Positions 41,901 through 50,562 of a stretch of 64,000 bases of DNA are shown here, one piece after another. Under the pieces are notes generated by a model. It was given only the letters and a program-made list of their open reading frames with translations. It was not told where the DNA came from and made no database searches. Origin of the DNA: Perna viridis. Taxonomy: Eukaryota. Within the stretch, counting starts at the first letter, position 1; each line of letters starts with the position of its first letter. The DNA lies in NCBI GenBank assembly GCA_037379345.1, contig CM074520.1, positions 35,622,664-35,686,663 on the forward strand, read 5' to 3'. The position numbers were made by a program, and so were the translations under genes.

Positions 41901-44900
41901 GTATTTAAATGGATACATTATGTACATATTGTTATAATATAAAAGACATAAAAAACATTTAACCATGATGATCATTGGACTTTAAATGTCTAACGAATTT
42001 TATGACTTTATAGAAGTGTTTTTGAAGCAGAATATATTCACACAGTTCTCACCTTATCACTTATAACTACTAAATGTACAAACAACAAGTAATATAAATA
42101 ATGCTAGATTATAGATAAAGTGAATGATTCGGTTTTATACTTACATTAAATGTTTTACCATCAGGCCTAAATATCTGGTGAAACAACCCATCAGCGTATC
42201 GAGAACTTATAGGTCTCTTTAGTGATCTGTCAAAATCTGAAACAAAAACATACATAGTGCAAGTCATTGTTAGGATAAAACAAAACACTGTGAGGTTTGC
42301 TCACTAGATGACATCCCAGCACTCCTTCTATGAAACTGAATAAGAAACCTCAAAGATATTCAGTTGGAAATGAAAATAAGAGATGTAAAATGGCATAGTT
42401 TTCAAGTTTTAAAGAATTCCATTTCCAGATTTCAGGGGAGTTGCACACCAGAAGATTGGTGGACTAATGATAAGGTCCTTGTTTTGCATCAGAAAACCTT
42501 AAAAGTCATTCTGATGGAAATGCAAAACATGAAGTTGCACACACTGTCATGCTAGGCATATCCCCACTCATACTGGCATGTTTATTTAATATTACACAGC
42601 ACCAAATTTGCATACAATACATGAGCCATCTATATAAAGCCACCCATCCAATTTTAAATTAATCCATCCATTAGGAGTCAAGATTTTGTGACAAAAATTT
42701 TCACAAATTTTTGATAAAGTGAAAATGGTAGAGTCCCTCTAAACTAGAAGTTGATATTTGACAGCACCAGTAATCGCATACAATGTATGACCCATCCATA
42801 TAAAACAACACACCAAATTTTAAATAAATCCATCCAACTTTAGCTAAGATAATGTATGCTCCATCTTAATAAAGCCAAAAATTAAATATGAAATTAATCC
42901 ATTGGGATTTGAGGTAATTGAGATGCAGACAGATGGACCATTTGATCTCTACAACTCTTGTGAAAATGGATTTTTTTTAAAGATTGTCAGAAAACTAGAT
43001 GTATTTTGGAGAAATTTTTTGGCAATATATTTCCCAAATTATTTTTTGAATTGCAGTATTTTTCAATATAAAGAATTTTTACTTCTTTAACCATAAATAT
43101 ATGGCAAATCAGATGTTCCTTGTTTGATTGCACATGGTAGAATCTCTCTGTGAAGGATTTGGTCTCCTATGTGGATAGTTTTGGTTTTGAGTACTTGTAT
43201 ACAATTCAAGTTTGGATTTAGATCTTCCTATATATTTGGTTCTAATATAAATGTACTGCTGGTGAGAGGTTACTCCTTAAAACACGTGTACAGAATATAT
43301 CGAAATTTGCAATATATATGATAGGTATTTTTGTACTTGATTCTGACCGTTTGGTGAGGTAAGTATAACACCTTCAAAATTAATTATTCTTTATGATTAT
43401 GTCTCATTCATATTCTCAGTCTTACTGATCGCGTGACATAATTTAAATATACAGAATTATATCTGTTATACTGTTGCATAGCACCTAAAAGTAGTAACCA
43501 ACTATAACAATAGTTATTAGAGGGATAAAGCTGCATCAAGGAAACAGACTGATACAATGTTTACGATACATCAAGAACAATTCTGTTAACACTTAGTAGT
43601 TGCCACATATACACAGTAAATAAACCATGCAGCAGTCATATAAGGACAAAACAATATTTTACTTTAGTATCAAGGGTTTTGAAATGAGACTATGATGAAT
43701 TGTAAATCTGAATTGTTACTGGCTAAAAAATGATTGATAGAATACTCAAGGGAGAACAGAATCGATACATGATATAATATAGCATTATAGCAATAACTGA
43801 ACAATAAAGTAATTAATACAACATCAAAGTCTACTTATGAGAAGGCTACAGGTTTAAATGACTTTATCAAAGTAATTACAAGAAATATTTGAGAAGGGAA
43901 ATCTCAATAAAATTATAAATCAATAGGGTACATGGAAGTGTTCTACATGTTCTGTCATAATTAAGTACTTCTCAGTCTAAGAACCATTTGCATTGTGTGT
44001 ATAAGGTGTGACACAAGAGGGAAAAATGCAGAGACAATGGGAAAAATTTAGTGCATTATCCAAGTATTTATTCCTCTTATCTCCAGAAATGACTATCAAA
44101 GTGTTTGTAAAGTTTGCTTTTTTAAGATAATGAAAAGTCAAATTAAGTTGCACAGCTGAAAAATGGCAGGAAAATTGTCCAGCACCTTTTCCCAATAAAA
44201 AAAATATCTACATCACAGATACTTCAATATAAACTAAAATAGCTTTTTGCTTGTTTTCTAGATGTATCGAATGTATTAGCAAAAAATACCAAATTGAAAA
44301 AAAAAAATGATATGCCACCCATAGCCTGATTCTTACACAGAATGGTACTCAAATGTTTTGTAAATGAATCAGCTGTCCTTATACAAGGTATTAAATGAAT
44401 CTGAAATCATTTTAGAATCTAGAATTTCAGTAAATGAGCTCTTAAAGTCCAAACTAAGGGTTCGTTGATAAAATGAGCTGAGCAAAGCTTGCCAAAACTA
44501 TGCAGACTTTTTGTACCCTGCTAGAACTCTAACAAATAGGCTTCTGGAACAGGGTTATGTTGCTACAAGATTAAAGTCATCACTACAAAGTTTTATGGTC
44601 GTCATCATGAACTCGTGGATCGTTATGGTGTATCCATCTGCACCATGAAAACTGATTTATTCAACGGGTCATAGTTTTCCTTTCCTCGTTTGTCTACCAC
44701 GGACTTGACTTTTTACAAGCAACTTGGTGGGTGTTTCTAGAAAAACAGAGGATGCTTACCCTACCGGTGCACCTGGTCCATGCTCCCAGATTTTAGTGGA
44801 GTCCGAGTTGCTCATTTGCTTTTGTTACTTTGTATGTATGATTTTAGTTACTTTATGTTCTTTGTTGTGTATGTCTGTTTTCCATGTCTGGTCTTTGTCC

Positions 44901-47900
44901 CTGGATTACATTCTTTTGATTACCGCTATAACTTGGTTCCCTTGATTACTCTTTAATCAAATATAAAAAAAATTATCTATTCTCCACATCATACATGCAT
45001 GTAAGAAACGTGTACTGGTAAGTTAGGTACCATAAATATCTACTTGTAACATGGTACATACATTTAAACCTTACTGAATAAATATATTTGACAACTTCTT
45101 GTGTAATCTGATCTTCAGTATATACGGAGCAGGAAGAAAGTGCTCACGAGATAATGATACAGAATTTTTTCAACATTTAAATAAATCCTTATATATTTTC
45201 CTGATACATGTACAACTGACCTTTAAAATCAAACATTAAAAATTAACAGAATTTTAAACAAATAATGAACATTTGAACAAATGATGTTTTTATAAATGCT
45301 TATTCTCATTTCACAAACATCTCATGCATGTCAGGATGATACACGTATGATTAAAACAATAATCATTGTAGTGGATTCTGAACAACTAATAAGAGGTAGG
45401 TGTAACCTCTAAGAGGAGGAAGTTACAAGCTGGAGAGATCTTATAAATAGATCTCAAGTTTGATGTGGTGACTTGTCTGTAGGTCAAGGTGTCCGATATT
45501 TTTGCACAATCAGATTTAACCCTGCCATTCTGCCACAGTTTTTGATTTTAAAATATGAGAAAAGCTGAGTAGTTTCAATAAGTATTTACCCAGCATGCCA
45601 CTTCCTGTCAGACTGATAATCAAAGCCTTATAGATTATCATTATAATGACTTTATTCTCTAGTAAATAATCAGTGGAAAGTTTTAACCATATTTGATATT
45701 TAACTTAAAGAAGCTAGAGTCGAAGGAAGAAATATACATTTATTCTGATTAAGCCTACATATACATGTATCACTGCCAGCCATATAGTTATCTATCTTTT
45801 GCCAAAATATTGCAACCATAATAAAAAGCAAGGACTCAATATAGCAAGGCAATTGGTTGACACCACTTGCGGCAAGCTCTGCATTTTGTAGCACTACATG
45901 CTGTGATCATTTTACTATGGATGTGGCCTTAAAACCTTTGAAGCACATCATACTAGAATAAAAGATGGAATGTTGAAGCAATAAAAATTTACATTTAGCT
46001 ATAAAATATATCACAAAAAAACTCCTAGTCTACCTACCATCACTGACTTTAAAGCCTATCACAGGAAGTATCTGATATAGAGTTAGTTTACTTCTCCTCA
46101 GACCATACTGAGACAGCCACTTCTTGGTGTTGACAAGAGTCCTGACATCCATTTCCCATACTTGAGATGGAGTTTTCTGTAAACTGACTTCTGGATTGTA
46201 TTCTTCAACTGCCCTCTCTGTGTTTTCTATGCCTAAGTTTACTTTAGTAAATCCAGGGGAAGTATACTCCAGGTCAAAAGAAACATCTAAAAATAGAGTT
46301 ATCTCCCATTAAGTGACTACCTTTAATATATTGTATTTTTATATTTTAAATTAAACAATGTGAGCAATTTTATCTTAGATACAGACACATAGAGTTGTAA
46401 TTTAATTTTTGGTCTAAGGCTAGATCAGTCGTATGCACCAACTGAAGGTAGTGAAATAAACAACATGAAGTTGCATGTGTTGACATGCTAGGATGCTAGG
46501 TATACTCCTGCACCATTGTTATACAGGAAATTAATGTTGAACAGCAACCAAAATCGCTTTTAACATACGCTCCTTCTAAACAAAGCCACATACCATATTG
46601 AAATCAATCTGTTTAGTGCCAGCCAAGATTTTTGTGACAAAAAATGCCACCCCCCCAAAAAAAAAAAACAAAAAAAACATAAAAACAAAATAAAAACAAA
46701 AAAAAAACAAAAACAAAAACAAATAAACAAGATGATGAAATTTGACAGCAACCAAAGATCCTCAATATGTATGTTCAATCTACATTTGTACACGTACATG
46801 TAAAAGCCACACACCAAATTTGAAATCAATCTATTTATTGGGATTCAAGACATGGATGGATGGAATGACAGATGGACATGGTGTTTTATTAAGTAGCTGT
46901 CTTTGTAAGAATCATGCAAAATCTGAAAAATGTGATACACCTGAAAAAAGGCTACATATTTTTATTTTTGTAATTAAGTTGTTTTATGGGTCTATACTAT
47001 GAAATGTGTAATTATTCATTCAAATCTGCCTGCTCTTAGAAGATAATCATCATTGAAAGTCCAGTAGATTCTATTGTATTAGAGCATCATTTACAGAGTT
47101 GTCTCCCTTAATTTTGTAATCTACAGTGCTTTCTATATAATTTTTATCTCCTATGAGCACGGGTTATATGAAAAACTAAATGTTAATTTCTGTTTACTAT
47201 GACATTTCAAACAAAATATCAAAAATAAAAATATGTAGGCTTTTTACCCATAAATCACATTTTGCATGAGCCTTAGCTGGAGTGCTACTTAAGTAGAGGT
47301 ATAAAAATAGGATTTTGTTTTGTAGCTTCATACGATGAAACTTTTTTGGTTGATTCTAGTCATAATAAGAACTAGTAGCAATATTCTACGCTTAAGAGAT
47401 TTAATCAATATGTTTAAAAGTTTTAATTTTATAAAAGCACTCTTACAGTACAAAGTTATTTTTCTAACAGTTTAATAGAAAAATTCAACTACCAATTTAT
47501 TTTCCATGATTACATTTGAATCAATACAAATATCTATATTCCTAGGTAGAAGTGTAAATACGATTTACACTGTAATTTAATAATTTACTTTTAGGTCTTA
47601 TCTGCTAAACTTCTTTAGGTGAAACTTTAATATTATAGCCTAATGCCTGGGTAGATTTTGAATTATGCAATGAAAACTGATCCTTTTTACTTTGTCTTGG
47701 CTGTGCAATGCACATCTGATAAAGTTTTACTTGTATATAAACTAGATTTAATTGTCAATCAGACTTTCAACATAAAAACCATTTAACTGAGAGCAATTCA
47801 TCTTCAAACAGTTTTATAGTCTAGGTTGTCATTAAAAATCCTTTTTACTGCGCATACAGAAATTTACAAGGCTTTACTGTTCAGTTTTATTGAAGTAAAA

Positions 47901-50330
47901 TGTATGGGTAGGAATACTATCCTCATTGTGGGCTCTTCAACAATAAGTTCTGTTTAAACCCATTCACACCAATAATGGTTCATATATTTACAAGATGAAT
48001 TTGATAAAAATCCTCATTTGAATATGAGAAAGTGTGAAGTAACCTTTGTCCTCATATTTAATGAGCTGTGAAAAAAAATTTCAATCGAAAGCTTATTTAC
48101 AGCATTCAACATAAATCCCAGTAATCTTATTGGAAAGTTGTAGAATATTACAAGAACCATTAATTACAAAATACAAATAACAATGCTACATTCTTTGTTA
48201 ACAAATGTACAACTGATACATGTACATGTATTAAATGTTGTTTTGTTTGAGATGTTGTAAACTAGATATTTTTTCATGGATACTTTATGTCATAAGATGT
48301 ACACACAGTCTATGCTTTTACAACACAGATAAACATGTACAGGTAGTACAAAAGTTTAATTGTCATGAACATTTGGTGAAATTTTTACTCAGAAAGAAAA
48401 ATCTTGTAATTTACTGCTAAACTGATGTAACAATTTTTGGCACAGACTTTAGTGTTTGTATCTAAAAGGTCAATATTGTAGATCAATATAGCAGGATTGC
48501 ATTGAGTGAGAACTGAATACATTGACAAGATACTCATTTACATGAACAGGAAATAAACTGAGCAGTTTAATATTATCAAGGATCATGCTGGTCCTATTGT
48601 TTTTGATTACACACCATATGTACCGATACATGAATTCAAATTAAAGTTAAGAAAAAATCTTTTTACTGAGTGAACTGGTAGACAACATGACAGACCCTTT
48701 TAAGAAATTACATGCATAATTAACAACTATTTAATTGTTCTAAAATTACAAATTAAATATCCATACATGTATGTGATAAATGAAGCTTCCAACAATAGTA
48801 TAGCAAAATTCACCAATAATGAACATAATGAACTGATCAATATTTTAACAGCTACCAATTTCAATAACATGACACCTATGAATGGAGAAAAACATAAAAA
48901 AGTCACATAACTTCCCGCATGTATTTGTAAGATTTAGAAGCAAAACCGCCAGTTTGAAACATGTATCATGTCCTGGACTCTTGACGCTTCTGAAATTTCT
49001 AACTTTTTGTTTAAATTAATAGTGTGTCACAGAATGACATGACATGATGGTCAACCAGTACTGTTTGTTCAGGTGATAATGAAGTACTTCCAGGATTTGT
49101 TTTCCATTTGTTATTTTCTATCTCTTATAAATTTTATTACAACAAGGTATAATGTACAAATGCATGAATGCTGAAAATATATTTAAAAAATAAATAGATG
49201 TTCATATATAAAGTTATACAAATGTACCAACCAATATTCAATTTGTCATTTGATTGTAACCAGACTAAAAAAAAATCATCATAGTCTGATATCAATATGT
49301 AATATAAACAACTGCTTGTTTAGGACATGAAAGTCCATTTCCCAGGGAAGATTATCGAAATTTTACATAAGAAAATTATCTTATGATCTGCATTTCCCTT
49401 CAGGAAATTTTTTTTGGAGAAAAAAAGTTTACCATTTCAAGCAATATAAAGCTTGTCCTTTAAACTGGTACACATTTTAAACCACACATAAAGTATACAT
49501 TATGTACAAAATGTATGTTTCAGCAGCTCAGGAGTGATTTTATTGCAAACCAGTTTCAAAATACTGTATTCAAAATTTTCTTGGAGGGATGTCTTAAAGT
49601 TAAACCCTCTTATAGTAAATAACTTTTGCAAGGGAAAGTGAATTATTTCCCCCCCCCTAACTTATTCTTTGCTTTAATTGTTGTAAATACAGTGTACATA
49701 CATTTATAAGCATCTAAAATAAAACACATCGCATATAAATAATAATTTGCTTACAGTATTTATTGATGTTTGAAGTTTTTGTTTCTGTGTTCCAGCACAG
49801 ACCTGTAATTAAAGAGATTTGTGGAAATATTTTCTTTGGGTGATTTTACATCACTTAGTTTGTCATTATACAATGGAAAATGTGTTTGTTTCACATAGAA
49901 TTTGCTTAAGCAATTCTTATTTAAAAAAAAAATACAACTTACGATCTGAATATGCATTTTTCCTGTATGGATCAACAGCATATAAAGCAGCTGTCATGAT
50001 GCTTGTTCTTTTCTTACTCGGTTTGGGAAAAAAGTTATAGATTTTAACACAAAAGTCGAATTAAGAGTTATTTCAATCCAGGATGAATCCAACTATAAAT
50101 GTAGGAAATATATCCGTTAGTGAGTAACCCATATAGAGTAGATTAGCAGCATCATTCCTATTTTCCTAAGTCCCCGACACCTGCATCGCCATATTGTACA
50201 CAACCGCAGTTGCTTGGCATTCCATAACCCTCGGGAGTTTACGTCACTAATGGCATTTCTTTCGTTTAAATAAGGTAAAACATAGAGAAAATTAAATTAA
50301 TTTTGAGTTACTCCCCTTACCGTCTGCCAT
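1334..50330 (-). CDS. VWA3B: von Willebrand factor A domain-containing protein 3B-like, full multi-exon model (~1915 aa with three small cassette exons; ~1982 aa with the optional 15721-15921 exon)
   Basis: About 36 GT-AG exons join in a continuous frame. Motifs KWLSQYGL..KLTL..IL..IGF, SRYADGLF, WLTTESRRLFGVIEE, LIDTSASM, SKVFDEILPIAHV, RLNKIVW and DTLKGQSVIARNDKDGFYYPG match vertebrate VWA3B in order (recalled). Confidence 0.88.
1775..2009 (-). CDS. VWA3B: VWA3B exon (ASVKERIG...LAVGDYVLA...YLPGWI...FCDKS)
   Basis: ORF 1771-2025 with ttcag/gtaagt. Confidence 0.9.
2505..3166 (-). mobile_element. Penelope-like tail copy in inverted orientation, split by a MITE
   Basis: 2505-2699 and 3140-3166 join to give the reverse complement of ~7787-7990. 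Confidence 0.75.
2700..3139. mobile_element. TA-flanked MITE nested in the Penelope-like tail
   Basis: TA at 2698-2699 and 3140-3141; imperfect TIRs ggccgaaaaaaa / ttttttgggtc. Confidence 0.65.
4004..4262 (-). CDS. VWA3B: VWA3B exon (PKDPIVALHP...VRFYDG...WVGQAVVARDDRYGTYHL)
   Basis: ORF 3945-4241 with tctag/gtaata; end of module 2 and start of module 3. Confidence 0.9.
4916..5037 (-). CDS. VWA3B: VWA3B exon (IVKEDCKDYSYIVED...NQILQ)
   Basis: tccag/gtatta. Confidence 0.87.
5690..6025 (+). mobile_element. Non-autonomous DNA-type repeat with internal hairpin (family unresolved, possibly Crypton-like)
   Basis: Inverted copy at 11785-12366; internal gtgccaagaa...ttctttggcac stem. Confidence 0.6.
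6235..6342 (-). CDS. VWA3B: VWA3B exon, DUF4537 module 2 start (...VGEEVLARWSDEGWYFRG)
   Basis: tttag/gtaggg, Tudor-like motif. Confidence 0.88.
6701..6857 (-). CDS. VWA3B: VWA3B exon (ELKKQRKKMKK...SRDGRK)
   Basis: ctcag/gtatgt. Confidence 0.85.
7060..8027 (+). mobile_element. Penelope-like retroelement (probably Naiad type), 5'-truncated and decayed RT plus 3' tail
   Basis: QQTVGIPMGTNCAPLLADLFL, FRYI*D (broken YIDD), SYLDL, RDDFSF.IVNFPF, YGVFISQL..YAR, KFYGRHHELV. The ORF ends at 7748 with no C-terminal GIY-YIG. Confidence 0.85.
8481..9024 (-). CDS. VWA3B: VWA3B exon, RS-dipeptide-rich and basic region
   Basis: ORF 8400-9017 with tttag/gtaagg boundaries; phases match neighbouring exons. 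Confidence 0.87.
9263..9337 (-). CDS. VWA3B: VWA3B exon (YEDKVYITPRTPRTPRPSDKEKRIR)
   Basis: tgtag/gtatga, phase 2-2. Confidence 0.8.
9851..9964. repeat. 114-bp palindrome with a perfect spacer-less 40-bp core
   Basis: 9888-9927 acctccttaaacatacatgt|acatgtatgtttaaggaggt. Confidence 0.9.
10586..10683 (-). CDS. VWA3B: VWA3B exon (ATISRNLLMKISKSRFEFAIRYI...)
   Basis: catag/gtaagt, end of DUF4537 module 1. Confidence 0.87.
11004..11180 (+). mobile_element. Penelope-like element 3' tail copy
   Basis: Matches 7852-8027. Confidence 0.85.
11564..11704 (-). CDS. VWA3B: VWA3B exon (AGDYVLVR...FVPGIV...KFYTVLMFNGQQ)
   Basis: cacag/gtatat. Confidence 0.9.
11785..12366 (-). mobile_element. Inverted copy of the 5690-6025 repeat, interrupted by a MITE
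   Basis: 11785-11854 and 12062-12366 align to the reverse complement of 5690-6025. Confidence 0.65.
11855..12061. mobile_element. Tc1/mariner-type MITE (TA-CTGTGA...TCACAG)
   Basis: TIR ctgtgagagta / tactttcacag; related copies at 13640-13839 and ~56960-57020. Confidence 0.7.
12861..12985 (-). CDS. VWA3B: VWA3B exon (TVQRCPDPRHA...VGGAIPWPLLR)
   Basis: atcag/gtaggc, conserved VGGAxPxPLL. Confidence 0.9.
13640..13839. mobile_element. MITE, same family as 11855-12061
   Basis: Shared taccaattttcatggat, tgggaaccaaatt and tttcacagta ends. Confidence 0.65.
14070..14226 (-). CDS. VWA3B: VWA3B exon, DUF4537 module 1 start (SLSHVM...DTLKGQSVIARNDKDGFYYPG)
   Basis: tttag/gtaatg. Matches the vertebrate VWA3B C-terminal LKGQKVIAR..GFYFPG (recalled). 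Confidence 0.9.
14247..14360. repeat. Perfect 57-bp tandem duplication
   Basis: 14247-14303 = 14304-14360. Confidence 0.92.
14442..14657 (+). mobile_element. Penelope-like element 3' tail copy
   Basis: Matches 7811-8027. Confidence 0.85.
15721..15921 (-). CDS. 201-nt phase 0-0 exon (HYQSLLHK...RTESNG), isoform-specific or cassette
   Basis: cctttttag|open 67 codons|gtaagt. No recognisable homology. Confidence 0.65.
17316..17369 (-). CDS. Candidate alternative start exon (MCSSYLQDYMTTIGMVFL) of a C-terminal-only isoform
   Basis: aaaATG...CTG|GTTAGT, phase 0. Lies in a putative exon 17316-17577 with a strong pyrimidine tract, below an upstream donor at 17648. Confidence 0.45.
17640..18010 (-). 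promoter_or_regulatory. Candidate internal promoter and first non-coding exon inside VWA3B
   Basis: CpG cluster in otherwise CpG-depleted intron DNA, TGACGTGA at 17933, long poly(dA) at 17962-17995, donor GAG|GTAATA at 17648. Confidence 0.45.
22808..23336 (-). CDS. VWA3B: VWA3B composite exon: either spliced at 22823 (GAG|GTTAGT) or read through to TGA at 22808-22810
   Basis: gacag acceptor; FDSDKPIPF...GWPI...EEEI followed by an S/D/K/R-rich tail. A phase-0 donor sits 12 nt before the stop codon. Confidence 0.87.
23822..23872 (-). CDS. VWA3B: VWA3B exon (RLNKIVWESLPEESRKK)
   Basis: ttcag/gtaagt. Confidence 0.9.
24085..24784. repeat. 55-bp minisatellite, ~13 copies, overlapping a VWA3B exon 3' end
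   Basis: Unit cagtacattacccgtggtatggtactatagctttgtgtaatggaaagtgttcctc at 24085, 24141, 24196 ... 24691, 24745. Confidence 0.96.
24756..24874 (-). CDS. VWA3B: VWA3B exon (ILPIAHV...MTLINP...AIVSYHR)
   Basis: tacag/gtaatg, conserved with vertebrate VWA3B (recalled). Confidence 0.9.
25166..25377. mobile_element. TTAA-flanked MITE (Kolobok-like)
   Basis: TTAA on both sides; ~30-bp TIR ggacgtggacatagggtaagggaca / tgtcccttaccctaggtctacctcc. Confidence 0.78.
25497..25653 (-). CDS. VWA3B: VWA3B exon (AKETSSKIWLSKHGL...LSKVFDE)
   Basis: gacag/gttagt, third KWL module, YVPILDKH..SKVFDE conserved. Confidence 0.92.
26420..27533. repeat. 40-bp minisatellite, ~27 copies, with higher-order duplication
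   Basis: Unit aatccaggggttactaagacagtaagacgggttattgttg in strict 40-bp register. Confidence 0.96.
27573..27624 (-). CDS. VWA3B: VWA3B exon (VDQKRERARSFRKKRLER)
   Basis: tttcag/gtaaat. Needed to bridge phase 1 to phase 2. Confidence 0.82.
29101..29148 (-). CDS. VWA3B: VWA3B candidate 48-nt cassette exon (ALQRYQLSPYVLEHRK)
   Basis: ttcttttctag|48 nt|gtatag, phase 1-1, open. Confidence 0.55.
30261..30389 (-). CDS. VWA3B: VWA3B exon (HTRTSLLR...EEWLLPETR...LAE)
   Basis: tttag/gtaaat, phase 1-1. Confidence 0.87.
30700..31030. repeat. Degenerate tandem repeat
   Basis: Recurrent gcacactttatatt...tata and aacagtgcttgt motifs. Confidence 0.7.
31660..31698 (-). CDS. VWA3B: VWA3B candidate 39-nt cassette exon (SKQDITSYPRRKS)
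   Basis: tctttattctag|39 nt|gtataa, phase 1-1, open. Confidence 0.6.
31871..32118 (-). CDS. VWA3B: VWA3B exon, Pro/Ser-rich linker
   Basis: ttcag/gtaagc, ORF 31773-32072. Confidence 0.88.
32504..32643 (-). CDS. VWA3B: VWA3B exon (SEDIRLLKEE...RRCSR)
   Basis: gatag/gtaagt. Confidence 0.9.
32994..33079. repeat. Hairpin, ~29-bp stem
   Basis: gagcatgctcaatatacacctctgcgagg ... cctcgcggaagtgtatattgagcatgctc. Confidence 0.88.
33847..34029 (-). CDS. VWA3B: VWA3B exon (PPKSIIAQ...VHAISFNC...KSWE)
   Basis: ttcag/gtagga, inside ORF 33754-33999. Confidence 0.92.
34813..35043 (-). CDS. VWA3B: VWA3B exon (EQLRHKKKFNLVAFN...IYLLSDGRPDQ)
   Basis: tttag/gttagt, VWA motifs GSTNT and SDG. Confidence 0.93.
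35422..35560 (-). CDS. VWA3B: VWA3B exon, VWA domain 2 with DxSxS (IDWLKQGSRALFG...LIDTSASM...LMQ)
   Basis: ttcag/gtatgt, MIDAS motif DTSAS. Confidence 0.93.
35929..36083 (-). CDS. VWA3B: VWA3B exon (MTHSKLINARYCERFP...FQQR)
   Basis: tgtag/gtacgg, frame continuous. Confidence 0.9.
36368..36561 (-). CDS. VWA3B: VWA3B exon (ESVIDK...KQWLSIYGL...QTEA)
   Basis: tttag/gtaggt, second KWLxxYGL module. Confidence 0.9.
37922..38101. mobile_element. TA-CAGTGAAAC-type MITE; related fragments at ~780-930, ~19050-19220 and ~28550-28760
   Basis: TIR tacattgaaacctgtataaac / gtttacacaagtttcactgta; shared internal tagacagg motifs. Confidence 0.68.
38443..38611. mobile_element. PIF/Harbinger (Tourist-like) MITE
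   Basis: TAA target duplication on both sides; TIR gggctgttcca / tggaatagccc. Confidence 0.75.
39309..39329 (-). CDS. VWA3B: VWA3B candidate 21-nt microexon (GPTEIID)
   Basis: tgacag|21 nt|gtgagc, phase 1-1, open. Weak pyrimidine tract. Confidence 0.5.
39531..39766 (-). CDS. VWA3B: VWA3B exon (FHAYSVIMEM...PKVIV)
   Basis: ORF 39505-39750 with tctag/gtaagg boundaries. Confidence 0.9.
40138..40244 (-). CDS. VWA3B: VWA3B exon (VKELPRKVPVHIVAFNC...GAK)
   Basis: tccag/gtaagt, VWA C-terminal motifs. Confidence 0.9.
40654..40722 (-). CDS. VWA3B: VWA3B exon (NEAIYLFTEGSSIESCKEILKEK)
   Basis: ttcag/gttaat, VWA strand AIYLFTEG. Confidence 0.88.
41005..41164 (-). CDS. VWA3B: VWA3B exon (STDDIERY...AANDPN)
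   Basis: tacag/gtgagt, phase 2 to 0. Confidence 0.9.
41468..41718 (-). CDS. VWA3B: VWA3B exon, start of VWA domain 1 (ITCSREQ...KFNLIR)
   Basis: ORF 41455-41808 trimmed to AG/GT boundaries. Confidence 0.92.
42145..42236 (-). CDS. VWA3B: VWA3B exon (DFDRSLKRPISSRYADGLFHQIFRPDGKTFN)
   Basis: ttcag/gtaagt boundaries, conserved SRYADGLF. Confidence 0.92.
44483..44952 (+). mobile_element. Penelope-like element 3' fragment, same family as 7060-8027
   Basis: Near-identical to 7558-8027. Confidence 0.88.
46038..46286 (-). CDS. VWA3B: VWA3B exon (DVSFDLEY...KKWLSQYGLRRSKLTLYQILPVIGFKVSD)
   Basis: ttttag acceptor, gtaggt donor, 249 nt, open frame. Confidence 0.88.
50321..50330 (-). CDS. VWA3B: VWA3B candidate first coding exon (MAD+g)
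   Basis: ATGGCAGACG|GTAAGG. The phase-1 donor matches the phase-1 acceptor at 46286. Lies in a CpG-enriched region. Confidence 0.6.
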
Positions 50331-50447
50331 AATTAATTACATTAGCGCTATCTAACGACGATAGCAGATATTCTTTATGAAACGAAAACACGTTTTATGA
50401 TGACGTGATACGCATAATGATATCGGGAAGTGAGAAATGAAAACAAA

Positions 50448-50562
50448 ATGGCCCCGGCTGCTGTCAGAATTTGTTGTTCTTGTGTACGATGGTTCCCGGT
50501 TGTTTTCATAACTGCGGTTGTGATCTGGTCTTACTACGCATATGTGGTAGCTCTATGTGCCT
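50448..50562 (+). CDS. ZDHHC2: ZDHHC exon 1 ([10 protein letters not shown]...VVALCA)
   Basis: aaaATGG start, gtaagt donor. Confidence 0.93.

Noticed and set aside
42350-46880. Fragments of Helentron-associated repeats (also ~4810-4890, ~9600-9740, ~58650-58960, ~63470-63720)
   Set aside because: Probably real but too decayed to bound reliably by eye, so not listed as features.
50181-50192. Alternative VWA3B start exon ATGGCGATGCAG|gtgtcg
   Set aside because: The donor is weak and phase 0 is out of frame with the 46286 acceptor. It could still be a uORF or UTR exon.
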